A DNA stretch of 64,000 nucleotides from Spirochaetia bacterium (GTDB taxonomy: Bacteria; Spirochaetota; Spirochaetia; DSM-2461): assembly GCA_963666985.2 (NCBI GenBank), contig CAXXIA010000002.1, positions 2,592,001-2,656,000 on the forward strand, read 5' to 3'. The notes under the pieces are model-generated. The model saw nothing but the letters and a program-made list of their open reading frames with translations, was not told the DNA's origin and did no database searches. The translations under genes and the position numbers were made by a program. Below are positions 9,903-19,754 of the stretch, piece after piece. The number at the start of each line of letters is the position of its first letter. The stretch's first letter is position 1.

Positions 9903-10511
9903 ATGGAAAGAAAAAATGAGGACCCCCGCATTCTTAGATCTCGAGAGGCTCTTATGGGAGCTCTTGCCGAGGAACTGGAGAAGAAATCCTTTTCGTCGAT
10001 ATCCGTTTCCTCTCTGTGTCGAACCGCGGGAGTGGATCGAGCTACGTTTTATCGGCACTTCGAGGATAAGCAGGATTTGCTTGAGCGGGGTATAGCGCAA
10101 CTTCTGGACCGTATTATTCAAAGAACCGGCGCCGGTAGTCCCGATGATCCTCATTTTTTAAATCGGATTGAACACCTGTTTCAGGATTTGGAAAAACACA
10201 GAAATATGCTGCGTCCCTTCGTTTCTTCTTCCGCTTCGATATTCATTGAGGAGCGATTCAAAAAACTATTATTTGATTTTCTTTTGCACCAACGGATTCA
10301 AGAACTTTTTCCCAATTCTCAGAAAAGCTCATTTCTTCCGGAAATTCTGACGGTAATGACCGGATCGGCCCTCTATGGACTTATCAAAATGTGGCTGTCG
10401 GAGAAACCTGAATGGGACTCCACTGTTTTGGCGGAAGTTTATCGGTCCTACATAACAGGAGGGGTGGGGATTTTCATCAATAGTGAAATTCGATTTCAAG
10501 AACCCGTTTGA
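9903..10511 (+). CDS. TetR/AcrR-family regulator
   Basis: DPRILRSR...ISVSSLCRTAGVDRATFYRHF HTH; start moved to MERKNED. Confidence 0.92.
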   Translation: MERKNEDPRILRSREALMGALAEELEKKSFSSISVSSLCRTAGVDRATFYRHFEDKQDLLERGIAQLLDRIIQRTGAGSPDDPHFLNRIEHLFQDLEKHRNMLRPFVSSSASIFIEERFKKLLFDFLLHQRIQELFPNSQKSSFLPEILTVMTGSALYGLIKMWLSEKPEWDSTVLAEVYRSYITGGVGIFINSEIRFQEPV

Positions 10512-10615
10512 AAATGAGTCGCAATGAGTGCCGATTCGGCAAATCATTCGGCATCTGATGATGTACTTATCGGCGGCCGGGCGCGCGCTTGTTGAAGGAA
10601 GAGTCGGAACGGACG

Positions 10616-10653
10616 AAAAAAAGGGGCTGTCTCATAAGTTTTGAGACAGCCCC
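10616..10653 (-). terminator. Intrinsic terminator nearly identical to the IS1182 right-end hairpin
   Basis: Minus strand GGGGCTGTCTCAAAACTTATGAGACAGCCCC-T7, just downstream of the stop at 10662; matches 42183-42218. Confidence 0.85.
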
Positions 10654-10661
10654 GATCGGGA

Positions 10662-10946
10662 TCAGCCGGTGACGAAACAGCGGATTCCTTCGGTCGGAAA
10701 GCGCTCTTTTACTTCGGCGACGGCCGACTCCACGGCCGCCGCCAGATCATCATCCCCATAGATGATGAGAATGAAATTTTCTTCCGGCCAGATATGATCC
10801 CCCCTCTTGGGTTCCGTGTCTCCGCGTCCGTGAACGCTGGGGATTTTTGTATAGTGACTCGCCGCACCTCTGGATTGGAGAACATCCATAATATCCTGCT
10901 CCACCGAATGGTTGGCGATGATTTCAATGCGCTTCAGTCCTCTCAT
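10662..10946 (-). CDS. Small P-II-like transporter-associated protein (PG0541-type)
   Basis: KRIEIIANHSVE...VHGRG...GDHIWPEEN; ATGA overlap with the RND gene. Confidence 0.8.
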   Translation of the reverse strand: MRGLKRIEIIANHSVEQDIMDVLQSRGAASHYTKIPSVHGRGDTEPKRGDHIWPEENFILIIYGDDDLAAAVESAVAEVKERFPTEGIRCFVTG

Positions 10947-13900
10947 GCTTCTTCTCCTTGGGGCAGCAGGTGCCGGATTTCCTCAATATCGCAGTACGAA
11001 ACGCCGCCGGCCCGTCTTTTGTTTCTGTAGTAGTAAACGAAGAATACGATGGTCAGAACCAGAACGCCGATGAGAATCGGAACGCCGAGGGCAATGACGG
11101 ATTTCAGGATAAGACCCATCTCCTCGGGCATGGGAGCGACTGAAAGCAGCGTGAAAATCACGGCGGCCAATGCAATCAGCGGCAGGAAGAATCCCCCTGC
11201 ATGCCGCTTCAGGAATCCTCCGATGTATTCTGCGAACATATTGAAGTACACGTAAACCATGGGGACGAAAATCAGAGTTAAGAGAGTACTGGTAATCATG
11301 CCGCCGACGATGGTCTGCCCGATGGGCCGAACCAGTTCTGCTCCCTCGCCGGTGCCGAAGGCCAGAGGAACCATTCCCAAAATCGTCGTTAGGGAGGTCA
11401 TCAGAATCGGCCGGAGTCTGTTGCCGCCGGCTTCCACGGCCGCATTGCGGATTTTAATGTCGCGGCTGCGCAGCAGGTTGATGTAGTCGATCAGAACGAT
11501 ACCGTTGTTCACCGCGATTCCCACCAGCATCAGAAGTCCCACTGCCGAGAACATGGACAGAGGCGTTTTGTAGGCGAACACCGGCAGATTCATCAGTGAA
11601 TAAAGCAGGAGAATCCCCGGAGTAATCAGTGTTATCGATAGGAAGATAACGAAAGGATCGAGGAGAGACTCAAAGAGACTCGCCATGATTCCGTACACCA
11701 AAACCAGGGCCACGATCATTACCAGAGCGAACTTGCCGAGGTATTTCATCAGTTCGGCGAAGTCGCCTGAGTATTCCAGAACCACATCGTCGTCGATAAC
11801 GATTTTCTCTCCTATTGCTTTGCGGACCGCCGTTTCCGCGGCATTCAGGGAAACCCCCGGTTTCTGCCGCGCCGTAACATGCACCACCCGGGAGCGGTCT
11901 TCCCTGGCGATGGAAACAGGGCCGGTTGTCCGCTCTATTCGGGCGATGGAACTTACAGGGATTCGCTCTCCGGTGGCGCTGAGCGTGAAGATGCGGTTCA
12001 AATCCGGAATGTCCCTGCGGTCTTCTTCACGCAGGATTACCAGAATATCGATTTCATCACCGCCCGAACGGTACCGGCCGGCTGTCGCGCCGTTCACCGC
12101 GGTGCTGATTTCGTTGGCAACGGTATAGATATTCAGTCCCAATGCATAAGCTTTGTCGCGGTCGATAACGATGCTGGCTATGGGCAGACCTTCGGAGAGT
12201 GAAATCTGCGGTTCGATCACCTCGTCGACTTCGTTGTCCAGAAGATCCTTGATTGTATTGGCCAAGTTCCGGGCTTTGCTTAAATCATCCGTTCGAAGCA
12301 CGATATCGATGGGAGAGCTGCCGCTCATGAAATTTTGCTGTTCGTAATTGAAATCGGCCGAAGGAAATTCATCGGCATGAGAGCGGAGTTTCTCCAGCAT
12401 CACGTCATAGGAATCGATTTGCTGATTATAGGGAGGCAGGGTGATATAGAGGGCTCCCGCGTTGGAGGCGGCGCTGCCGAAGAAGCTTCCGTCGTTTCCG
12501 GCCAAAACAAAGATATCCTGATATCCCTGTATTTCGGTTCTGGCGATTTCGGCCAGCTGAAGGAGTGTGTCCTCGGTTGTTTCGTATCGGGTGCCGATGG
12601 GCATTTCAACGCTGAGCTGCACCATATCCTGCGCCTGGTCCGGAGCCAGTTCGAATCCGATGTTCCCTCCGAGAGGTTCCAGCGTAAAGAGGCTGATAAC
12701 GACGATGAGGATGATAATCAGCATCGTCGGGCCTTTATGGCTTAAAACGGCGCCCAGGAGTTTTTTGTATCCGTTATCCAGCCCCGTAAAGGCCTTTTCC
12801 ATAACGGCATCAATCTTCGCGAAAAACGCGGACTTGATCGGCCGCTGTTTTCGCGTGAAAACTTGAAGGTACTTGCTGGAAAGAACCGGCACCAGGGAAA
12901 CCGCGATCAGCAGTGAGGCCAAAAGAGCGATAACGATGGTCAGCGCCAGATCCTGGAAGAGAACACCGATCATGTCGAGTTCTTTCTTGAACATCAGCAG
13001 GGGAAGGAAGATTCCCACGGTGGTAAGGATGGATGCCGTAATGGCCGTAATCATTTCCTGGGAGCCCAGGAACGCGGCCGGGCCGGCTTTGGCGCCTTTT
13101 TCCCGGTATCGATAGATGTTCTCCAGAATAACGATGGAGGAGTCGACGATCATCCCGATGCCCAGCGTGAGTCCCGCCAGAGTCATGATGTTCAAAGTCA
13201 GTCCCGCGAAATACATCACCATGATGGTAATCAGGAGACTGATGGGGATGGACAGCCCGATGATGACCGTGCTCTTCATGCTTCTTAAAAAGACGAAAAG
13301 CACCACCATGGCCAGGACGGCTCCGAGAATCGCCGAAGAGGTTACGCTGTTCAGGGATTGGCGGATCATCTTCGTGGTGTCGTAGATAACCGTCAGTTCA
13401 ACACCTGAAGGGAGATAGGATTCAATGTCGCCCAGGGCGGCATAAATATTGTCCGCGACTTCAACCGAATTGGTTCCCGACTGCTTCTGCATTGAAATAT
13501 AGATGCCGGGCTTTCCGTTTACATAAGTCGTATTGGAAGCATCTTTGTAGGAGTCGCTCACATCGGCGAAATCTCGAAGACGGATGGGCTGCATGGAACC
13601 GAGCGAAGCTCCGGTCATCGGATTAACGCCGCCGCCCTTATACGTGATAACCGCGTTCTTAATATCTTCAATGCTGTCGAATTGACCTTCGGTCTGCACC
13701 AGGTATTTGAAGTTGCCTTCATAAACGCTGCCCGAGCCGATCTGGATATTCTGAGCGGCCAAGGCTTGAGTAACTTGAGAAAGTGTCAGGCCGTAGGCTT
13801 CCAGACGATTCTGAGACACCTCGACACGGACGGCCCGTTCCCGCCCTCCGTAGAGCGAAACCAGCGCGACGCCGTCAATCTGTTCCAGGCGGGGCTGGAT

Positions 13901-14377
13901 CTGGTCTTCGGCGATGGCATAGAGTTCGTCCGGGCTCCTGTTTCCTTCAACGGACATCTGGAAAATGGGAATCATGGAGGGGTCGAACTTGAAAATCTGC
14001 GGAGTTTCCGCGTCATCGGGAAGATATTCCTTAATCAGTTCCAGTTTATCCCGGACGTCGTTGGTGGCTTCCCCCAGATCGATACCCCAGCCCAGTTCCA
14101 GGATAATCATGCTCGTGCCTTCCGAGGAGGTTGAGGTTATCTCCTTCACATTGCTGACGTTGGTCAGAGCTCCTTCCATGGTTCTCGTAACCGACTGTTC
14201 CACTTCCTCGGGGCCCGCGCCCGGATAGGAGGTATACACCACCAGAATGGGCGGAGAAATATCGGGGAAGAGATCGATGGGAACCTGCGGGACGATGTAG
14301 AGCGCCAGTCCCACAAGCAGAACGTATATGATGAGGAAAGTCGTCGGTCTGTTGACGACTTGTTTTGCTATACTCAT
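10943..14377 (-). CDS. RND efflux permease (AcrB family) with hydrophobic C-terminal extension
   Basis: 1144 aa; PIDLFP, YPGAGPEEVE, GMIVDSSIVILEN and RLRPILMTSLTT motifs. Confidence 0.96.
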   Translation of the reverse strand: MSIAKQVVNRPTTFLIIYVLLVGLALYIVPQVPIDLFPDISPPILVVYTSYPGAGPEEVEQSVTRTMEGALTNVSNVKEITSTSSEGTSMIILELGWGIDLGEATNDVRDKLELIKEYLPDDAETPQIFKFDPSMIPIFQMSVEGNRSPDELYAIAEDQIQPRLEQIDGVALVSLYGGRERAVRVEVSQNRLEAYGLTLSQVTQALAAQNIQIGSGSVYEGNFKYLVQTEGQFDSIEDIKNAVITYKGGGVNPMTGASLGSMQPIRLRDFADVSDSYKDASNTTYVNGKPGIYISMQKQSGTNSVEVADNIYAALGDIESYLPSGVELTVIYDTTKMIRQSLNSVTSSAILGAVLAMVVLFVFLRSMKSTVIIGLSIPISLLITIMVMYFAGLTLNIMTLAGLTLGIGMIVDSSIVILENIYRYREKGAKAGPAAFLGSQEMITAITASILTTVGIFLPLLMFKKELDMIGVLFQDLALTIVIALLASLLIAVSLVPVLSSKYLQVFTRKQRPIKSAFFAKIDAVMEKAFTGLDNGYKKLLGAVLSHKGPTMLIIILIVVISLFTLEPLGGNIGFELAPDQAQDMVQLSVEMPIGTRYETTEDTLLQLAEIARTEIQGYQDIFVLAGNDGSFFGSAASNAGALYITLPPYNQQIDSYDVMLEKLRSHADEFPSADFNYEQQNFMSGSSPIDIVLRTDDLSKARNLANTIKDLLDNEVDEVIEPQISLSEGLPIASIVIDRDKAYALGLNIYTVANEISTAVNGATAGRYRSGGDEIDILVILREEDRRDIPDLNRIFTLSATGERIPVSSIARIERTTGPVSIAREDRSRVVHVTARQKPGVSLNAAETAVRKAIGEKIVIDDDVVLEYSGDFAELMKYLGKFALVMIVALVLVYGIMASLFESLLDPFVIFLSITLITPGILLLYSLMNLPVFAYKTPLSMFSAVGLLMLVGIAVNNGIVLIDYINLLRSRDIKIRNAAVEAGGNRLRPILMTSLTTILGMVPLAFGTGEGAELVRPIGQTIVGGMITSTLLTLIFVPMVYVYFNMFAEYIGGFLKRHAGGFFLPLIALAAVIFTLLSVAPMPEEMGLILKSVIALGVPILIGVLVLTIVFFVYYYRNKRRAGGVSYCDIEEIRHLLPQGEEA

Positions 14378-14387
14378 GACTCAACCT

Positions 14388-15386
14388 CTACTCGGCGTTC
14401 GAAACGAGGCCCTGAACTTCGCGAACAACGCGGACCTTCACGCCGTCTTCCAGCAGTGTCTGCCCCTGGTAGACGACTTTTTCTCCGGCTTCCAGACCCG
14501 AAACGATTTCCACGATGTCGCCGAGGACAATCCCCGGAACAACAAGGCGTTTCTCGGCTCTCTCTCCGTTGACGACGAATACAAATGTTTCGCCCAGGCG
14601 TCTGAGGACCGTATCGGCGGGAATCTTTACAACCCGGTCTTTTTCATCGGTAGTCAGGCGCACTTTGGCATACATGCCCGCCTTCGCCTTTCCTTCTCCC
14701 GCGGGAATGTCCATTTTAATTTCCAAAGTCCGGCTGGAGGCATCCACGACCGGATTTACCTCGTTTACCTTGAGCGGAATGCTTTGGCCAGGCCAGGCTT
14801 CCAGTTCGATTTCGGCATTCATTCCGAGACGAATTCGGGATATGAAGCGTTCGGGAATGGCGCAGACCACCTGAAGTTTGTTCAGGTCTCCGATGGTGGC
14901 CACCGGAACGGCGGGACTCACCGCGTCTCCGATATTCAAAGGTATGGATGTGATGGTTCCCGAAACCCGCGCTTTGACCGGACTCAGCGTATAATTCAGT
15001 CCGGGCCGCGAAGGATCGACTTCGGCGATAATCTGCCCTTTACGCACGAAATCACCCAAACCCACATACAGTCTGGCCAGGATTCCTTGAGTATCGGCGT
15101 AGATATCGACGGAACTGGCGGTAATCACCTCTCCGTTGGTTTCGAAGTAATCGGCGATGGGACCGAAGACGGATTCGGTTGTGTTCACCGCGAAAACGAC
15201 TTCCTGTTCCGCTGCGGTTTCGGCGGGAGCGCCGAAGAGTGCTCCCGAAGCCGCGCCGTTCTTTTTCCCGATGATGGTTTTCACGCCGAGAGCCGCGGCG
15301 GCCAGCAGGATAATCACCAGTATGATGATAACGATAAGGAATCCGCGGTTTCCTTTTTTCTTCCGGGATTTCTCTTCCTGATTCAT
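14388..15386 (-). CDS. RND periplasmic adaptor (membrane fusion protein)
   Basis: N-terminal TM anchor, lipoyl-like GDFVRKGQIIA, NPVVDASSRT; start at ATG 15386 downstream of GAGGAG. Confidence 0.92.
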   Translation of the reverse strand: MNQEEKSRKKKGNRGFLIVIIILVIILLAAAALGVKTIIGKKNGAASGALFGAPAETAAEQEVVFAVNTTESVFGPIADYFETNGEVITASSVDIYADTQGILARLYVGLGDFVRKGQIIAEVDPSRPGLNYTLSPVKARVSGTITSIPLNIGDAVSPAVPVATIGDLNKLQVVCAIPERFISRIRLGMNAEIELEAWPGQSIPLKVNEVNPVVDASSRTLEIKMDIPAGEGKAKAGMYAKVRLTTDEKDRVVKIPADTVLRRLGETFVFVVNGERAEKRLVVPGIVLGDIVEIVSGLEAGEKVVYQGQTLLEDGVKVRVVREVQGLVSNAE

Positions 15387-15513
15387 TGATATCTCTCCTC
15401 TTATCGGCGCCGAGGCGCCGTTTGAGGCGGCCGGTCGGCCGCCCCGAATTTTCAATCTTGGTTATTTCAGATGCCGCCGCAAGTCCAAAGGGAATCTCGG
15501 CGGTATCGATTCT

Positions 15514-16893
15514 TTATTTCAGGAACTCACTCCTGGGCGCATTCAACGCGTATTCCAAATCAAGCAGGCCGGCGATGTAGTCGTACTTGGCCATCAGAAG
15601 CTGCTGAGAGGCCTCAAGATAGTCGGTCTGCGCGGACTCGACATCAAGAAGTTCCCGTGTTCCCACTTTGTAGGCTTCCTCGGTGAGCTGATAATTCTTC
15701 CAGGCCAGCCCAACGCTGGAGCTTGTGGCTTCGATGGTTTTGCGGGCCGTGGCCAGAGATTTCACATAGTTGGTGATTTCCATTCCGGCGTTCTCATAGG
15801 CCATTTCCATGGCCAGGTTCATGGAGTCTATACCGTCTTGAATTTCCTTGAGTGTAACATCGGTGCTCGAGCCGGGAATGAATCCGTCGAATTTCCACTG
15901 CAGCTCAAGTTTCAGGGTTCCCTGGTCCACCCAGTCGGTCCAGGGAGAGATTTCGGAATATCCAAGAACCGGATTGCCGCCCATCCCTACATCGGTTATT
16001 CCCATAAGGTATTCCGCGTTGCTGCCGGAAATGCCCCATGTATAGCCGAGATTAAGAGTCGGGGTGTTGAAGTTCCGCGCCGTGGATTTCTTTGTAAGCT
16101 CCAAGGCCTGAATCTGCAGCTGCAGGCTTCGCAGATCCAATCGTCCGGACAGATAACTGTTGATGAGAGCCTGGGTTTCCAAATCGTAGAGTTCGGTCTC
16201 CAAATCGCCGACCAGCTCAATCTCCGTGTTCAGATCCACGCCGAGGAGGAATTTAAAGGCCAGGAACATCCGGTCGTACATGGCAACGACGGAATCGTAA
16301 ACCGGCTGGAGATTGGCCACCGTTACTTCGGCGGAAAGCACTTCCAATTCGGGCACCAGACCGTTTACGTAGTTGTTTCGGGCCTGTTCCAGCCGTTTGC
16401 GCGCCAAATTGATATTCGCTTCCTGAATACGGATATTCTCTTTATTGGCCAAAAGGCCGTAGAACTGTTTCTGAATATCCCGTTCCAGCTGTTTGCGGGC
16501 ATCTTCGTAATCCAAAAGTCCGGCCTGATAATCAACCTGGAGTTTCTTGATGCTTGATGAGAGTCCGATGTTGATGGGAAGGCTGAGGGCCAGCCCGGCC
16601 TGGATTCCGAAATTCCCCGCGTCGCCGAAGCCGGAACTCGAATAATAATCGTGGTCGAAGATGATATGGCTGTCGGATACGCCGGCCGAAGCGGCCATGG
16701 TCGGCAGGAAGGCGTTCCAGGCCGTATCTTTCGCCCGTTCGGCCGTTCGAAGCGTAATTCCGGCCTGCTTCAGGCTCAGATTCTGTGCGGCCGCCATTTC
16801 GACGGCTTCATCAACGGTTAATGTCAGAGTTTCCGCCCCGATGCTTCCGGCCGCGGCGGCCGCGATAAGGGTGATAGCGATTATTCTGTTCAT
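15514..16893 (-). CDS. TolC-family outer membrane efflux protein
   Basis: Signal peptide and repeated OEP motifs (GLVPELEVL, GTRELLDV); operonic with the adaptor and permease genes. Confidence 0.9.
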   Translation of the reverse strand: MNRIIAITLIAAAAAGSIGAETLTLTVDEAVEMAAAQNLSLKQAGITLRTAERAKDTAWNAFLPTMAASAGVSDSHIIFDHDYYSSSGFGDAGNFGIQAGLALSLPINIGLSSSIKKLQVDYQAGLLDYEDARKQLERDIQKQFYGLLANKENIRIQEANINLARKRLEQARNNYVNGLVPELEVLSAEVTVANLQPVYDSVVAMYDRMFLAFKFLLGVDLNTEIELVGDLETELYDLETQALINSYLSGRLDLRSLQLQIQALELTKKSTARNFNTPTLNLGYTWGISGSNAEYLMGITDVGMGGNPVLGYSEISPWTDWVDQGTLKLELQWKFDGFIPGSSTDVTLKEIQDGIDSMNLAMEMAYENAGMEITNYVKSLATARKTIEATSSSVGLAWKNYQLTEEAYKVGTRELLDVESAQTDYLEASQQLLMAKYDYIAGLLDLEYALNAPRSEFLK

Positions 16894-18068
16894 CAGATTG
16901 TTCTCCTAAGAGCTGAAATCCCGCCTGAAATGAGACGGTAGAGATCCTTCAGTCCCTGTTCAATTTGAATTCTGACCGAGTCCTCGGTCAAATTATGTTT
17001 AATTTCTATAACGCATGCGAGATTTACCAAGCCGAGGAATTCCTTGGCCGAATATCCCCTAAGGTTTATAAGACCGTCATCCAAGATGGGTTTTATGGTT
17101 TGGATGAAGTATTCCTCCAGAAGGCTTTTTTGTTTCGGGATTTTGATTCCGTAAGACATAAACCGCTGCAGGTAATTGATGATTTCCGGAGAACGCCGAA
17201 GGAAGGATCCTGCAAAGGCTATATAGGAGAAAAGCCGATCGGCGGGATCGGAATATTTTTCGGAAAATTCGATATAGAGATCGCAGAACAAGGCGATTTG
17301 ACGTTCAAGCACATCGGCGAGCATCGCGTCTTTGCCGGGCCAGTAATTATAGAGGCTGCTTTTCGTCAGTCCGGCTTTCTTGGCCACCCTTCCGAGGGAA
17401 ATCTCATATCCGGCTTCTTCCATAACGGTTTCAAACACCGCGTTCATCAGCGGATCGGCTTTGAAAATGCCGTAATCGATTGTCGAAGCATCTTTTAAAA
17501 GCCGATCGAAATCGGGTAAGCGGTCGACGGCTTCGGTTGCGAATCCCCTCGTCCAAACGGTTTCCCAATTTTCATGGCCGGATGTTCCGGTGATTTTCTT
17601 TCTGATTACGAGCATCACCAGAGCATCCAAATAGCGCATTCCCACGGAGGGAATTCCCGCGTTGTTCCAAGCAATGCTGTAAAAGGAATCCCTGTGCTTT
17701 CTCATTATCGGCGGTTCGTTCGGTTGGTTGCGGTATCGATAGGAGAGGAAGCCGAGATATTTGCCGTATGTGCCGATGAGCGTGAGATTGTCGCCGATGT
17801 AGATTCGGGCGAACTCGTCGCCTTGACACTTCGACAGGCGTTCAAGCTGATCAACGGTATGGGTATCGAAGATTTGCAGGGCCTTCTCTTCCATGGCCTG
17901 TTCCAGTTTTTCTTTCTTTGAGAAATAGCGGTACAGGGCCTGTTTGGTAATATCGAGAGAGGCGGCAATCTCGGAAAGCGAGGTATTCCGGTATCGGCCT
18001 GCGCTCCAGATGTCGAAAGCCGTTTCGAGGATTTCCCGTTTTTTTTCTTCGTGTTTATCGCGTTTCAT
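16893..18068 (-). CDS. TetR-family regulator with two TetR HTH modules
   Basis: HTH1 TSLSEIAASLDITKQALYRYF; HTH2 ISLGRVAKKAGLTKSSLYNYW; 391 aa. Confidence 0.85.
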   Translation of the reverse strand: MKRDKHEEKKREILETAFDIWSAGRYRNTSLSEIAASLDITKQALYRYFSKKEKLEQAMEEKALQIFDTHTVDQLERLSKCQGDEFARIYIGDNLTLIGTYGKYLGFLSYRYRNQPNEPPIMRKHRDSFYSIAWNNAGIPSVGMRYLDALVMLVIRKKITGTSGHENWETVWTRGFATEAVDRLPDFDRLLKDASTIDYGIFKADPLMNAVFETVMEEAGYEISLGRVAKKAGLTKSSLYNYWPGKDAMLADVLERQIALFCDLYIEFSEKYSDPADRLFSYIAFAGSFLRRSPEIINYLQRFMSYGIKIPKQKSLLEEYFIQTIKPILDDGLINLRGYSAKEFLGLVNLACVIEIKHNLTEDSVRIQIEQGLKDLYRLISGGISALRRTI

Positions 18069-18076
18069 TTAGTTGA

Positions 18077-18121
18077 CGACCGTTCGTGAAGAAAGTTACC
18101 GACCGTTCGTTAAAAAATCAA
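18077..18121 (-). promoter_or_regulatory. Sigma70 promoter TTGATT-N17-TAACTT overlapped by two operator-like repeats
   Basis: -35 at 18121-18116, -10 at 18098-18093; CGACCGTTCGT at 18077-18087 and 18100-18110. Confidence 0.65.
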
Positions 18122-18211
18122 GGCGGCGAAGACTCTTTTTCATTAAATTTTCATGAACGGCCGGTGCCGGGAATGAAGTGGAAGAATGATAAGACGGCGA
18201 AAAGCCGGTTT

Positions 18212-19186
18212 TCAGTCCAGCCGGTCCGCGAAAATCTGCATGAGATGTTCGGTTACATCGAAACGGTCGCCGGGAATGGTGCATCCCGCGGCCTTTTTAT
18301 GACCGCCGCCGCCGAAGAAGCGGGCGATATCGGAGACGTCGAGATCTGAAATCGCCCGCAAACCGACGACGCAGTTGCCGTCGTTTTGTTCTCTGATAAC
18401 GGCGGCGGCCTCAATTCCGGAGATACTCATCAACAGCTGATAGAGCATATCCGAATCCCGTTCGCTCCCCAGCTCGCGCCAGTCCTTCCATGTTTCCCAC
18501 GCGATAACGAGACGGCCTCCGAAATAGAGTTCCGCGCGTTCCAGAACCCGTCCGAGAAGTTTCCGTGAACCGAGAGTTCGCCCCCCCGCAAGGAGCCGGA
18601 ACGTCTCCGACGGCGAGGCTCCCGCCGCGACGAGTCTTGAAACGAATTCCAGCGGTTCGGATCGGCCCGGTTCTATATGCCGGAAATATCCCGTATCCGT
18701 GCAGAATCCAAGGAACAGAAGTTCGGCTTCTTCCCGGGTAGGTTTATCGCCCGCGGCTTCAATAAGTTCTTGAATAAGAAGCGTGGTTGAGGGACTTAAG
18801 GCGTCGACAAAGCGGATATCTCCGTAATCGCTGCCGGCCGCATGATGATCGATAACCAAAACCGGAGCTTTCGGGAGAACTTTTTCGGGGAAACCGGTTC
18901 TGTCGAACGATGAACAGTCCAGGATTACCGTCAGCGGTGAAGCTCCGTCCGGAACTTCCGGGATTCTGTCTTTGAAGAAAGGCTGCCAATCGGCGATTTC
19001 GGGCCGTCCCCAGGGACCGACCGAACAAAGATGCACCGTTTTACCCCGGCGCTCAAGCCAGCTGCCGAGAGCTCGCTGTGAGCCGAGGCAGTCGGCATCC
19101 GGATCTTCATGACCCAGGATAAAGAACACATCATGACTTTCCAGTGCGTTGAGAACTGCTGAGAGGGCCGCCTTTTCCCGTTTCAA
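18212..19186 (-). CDS. nrnA: DHH/DHHA1 phosphoesterase (oligoribonuclease/pAp phosphatase)
   Basis: GHEDPDADCLGS, IDHH, DTGYF and GGGGHKKAAG motifs. Confidence 0.9.
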   Translation of the reverse strand: MKREKAALSAVLNALESHDVFFILGHEDPDADCLGSQRALGSWLERRGKTVHLCSVGPWGRPEIADWQPFFKDRIPEVPDGASPLTVILDCSSFDRTGFPEKVLPKAPVLVIDHHAAGSDYGDIRFVDALSPSTTLLIQELIEAAGDKPTREEAELLFLGFCTDTGYFRHIEPGRSEPLEFVSRLVAAGASPSETFRLLAGGRTLGSRKLLGRVLERAELYFGGRLVIAWETWKDWRELGSERDSDMLYQLLMSISGIEAAAVIREQNDGNCVVGLRAISDLDVSDIARFFGGGGHKKAAGCTIPGDRFDVTEHLMQIFADRLD

Positions 19187-19197
19187 GGACGAATGAA

Positions 19198-19611
19198 TTA
19201 ATACGTAATGACCGGTTTGGAGTCCGGAGAGGGGAATTCTCCGGAGTAATCTACGCCCGGATCCAGAGAACCCCAGCTTTCATGTGCCGGGTTTTCCATG
19301 AGATACAGGTGAAAATGATCGATTTCTCCATCCTTGTAATAGAACGTTACATACGGATATGCTTTGCCTTCTCCCATGGTAATGGTGCCGATATTGGCGG
19401 TGCCTTGAAACCATTCGATGGGCGCCCAGAGAACTCCCATGGTGTAATTCTGGCGGATGTAGTCGATTCTGTAGCCTTTGGTATGAGGATAGATGTATTT
19501 AATCTGAAGCGACTTGGGATAAAGTACGGATTCGTTTTCGTATTCGTCGGCGAAAAGACCCGCAGCACCGACGAGGAGTGCCAGGATAACGAACAGAGTC
19601 TTGCGTTTCAC
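19198..19611 (-). CDS. Secreted hypothetical protein
   Basis: GTG start downstream of GGAGG; KRK plus hydrophobic signal peptide. Confidence 0.7.
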   Translation of the reverse strand: MKRKTLFVILALLVGAAGLFADEYENESVLYPKSLQIKYIYPHTKGYRIDYIRQNYTMGVLWAPIEWFQGTANIGTITMGEGKAYPYVTFYYKDGEIDHFHLYLMENPAHESWGSLDPGVDYSGEFPSPDSKPVITY

Positions 19612-19754
19612 GGTTTTGCCTCCCTGCGTTACCAAAGTATGCCTTATCTGCATTATCGAATTCAAGCGTTATTTCAGGTTAAAACGGGCTGATAAAAATA
19701 TTGCGGCGTTTTGGGGCAATGATTTACGTCTCTTGCGCGTTCTTGAAAGGGCTT

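Noticed and set aside
14328..15389. 353-aa plus-strand ORF, and similar long antisense ORFs at 1153-2028, 39597-40454, 53725-54567, 60806-61837 and 62243-63313
   Set aside because: Opposite-strand shadows of well-supported genes in GC-rich DNA
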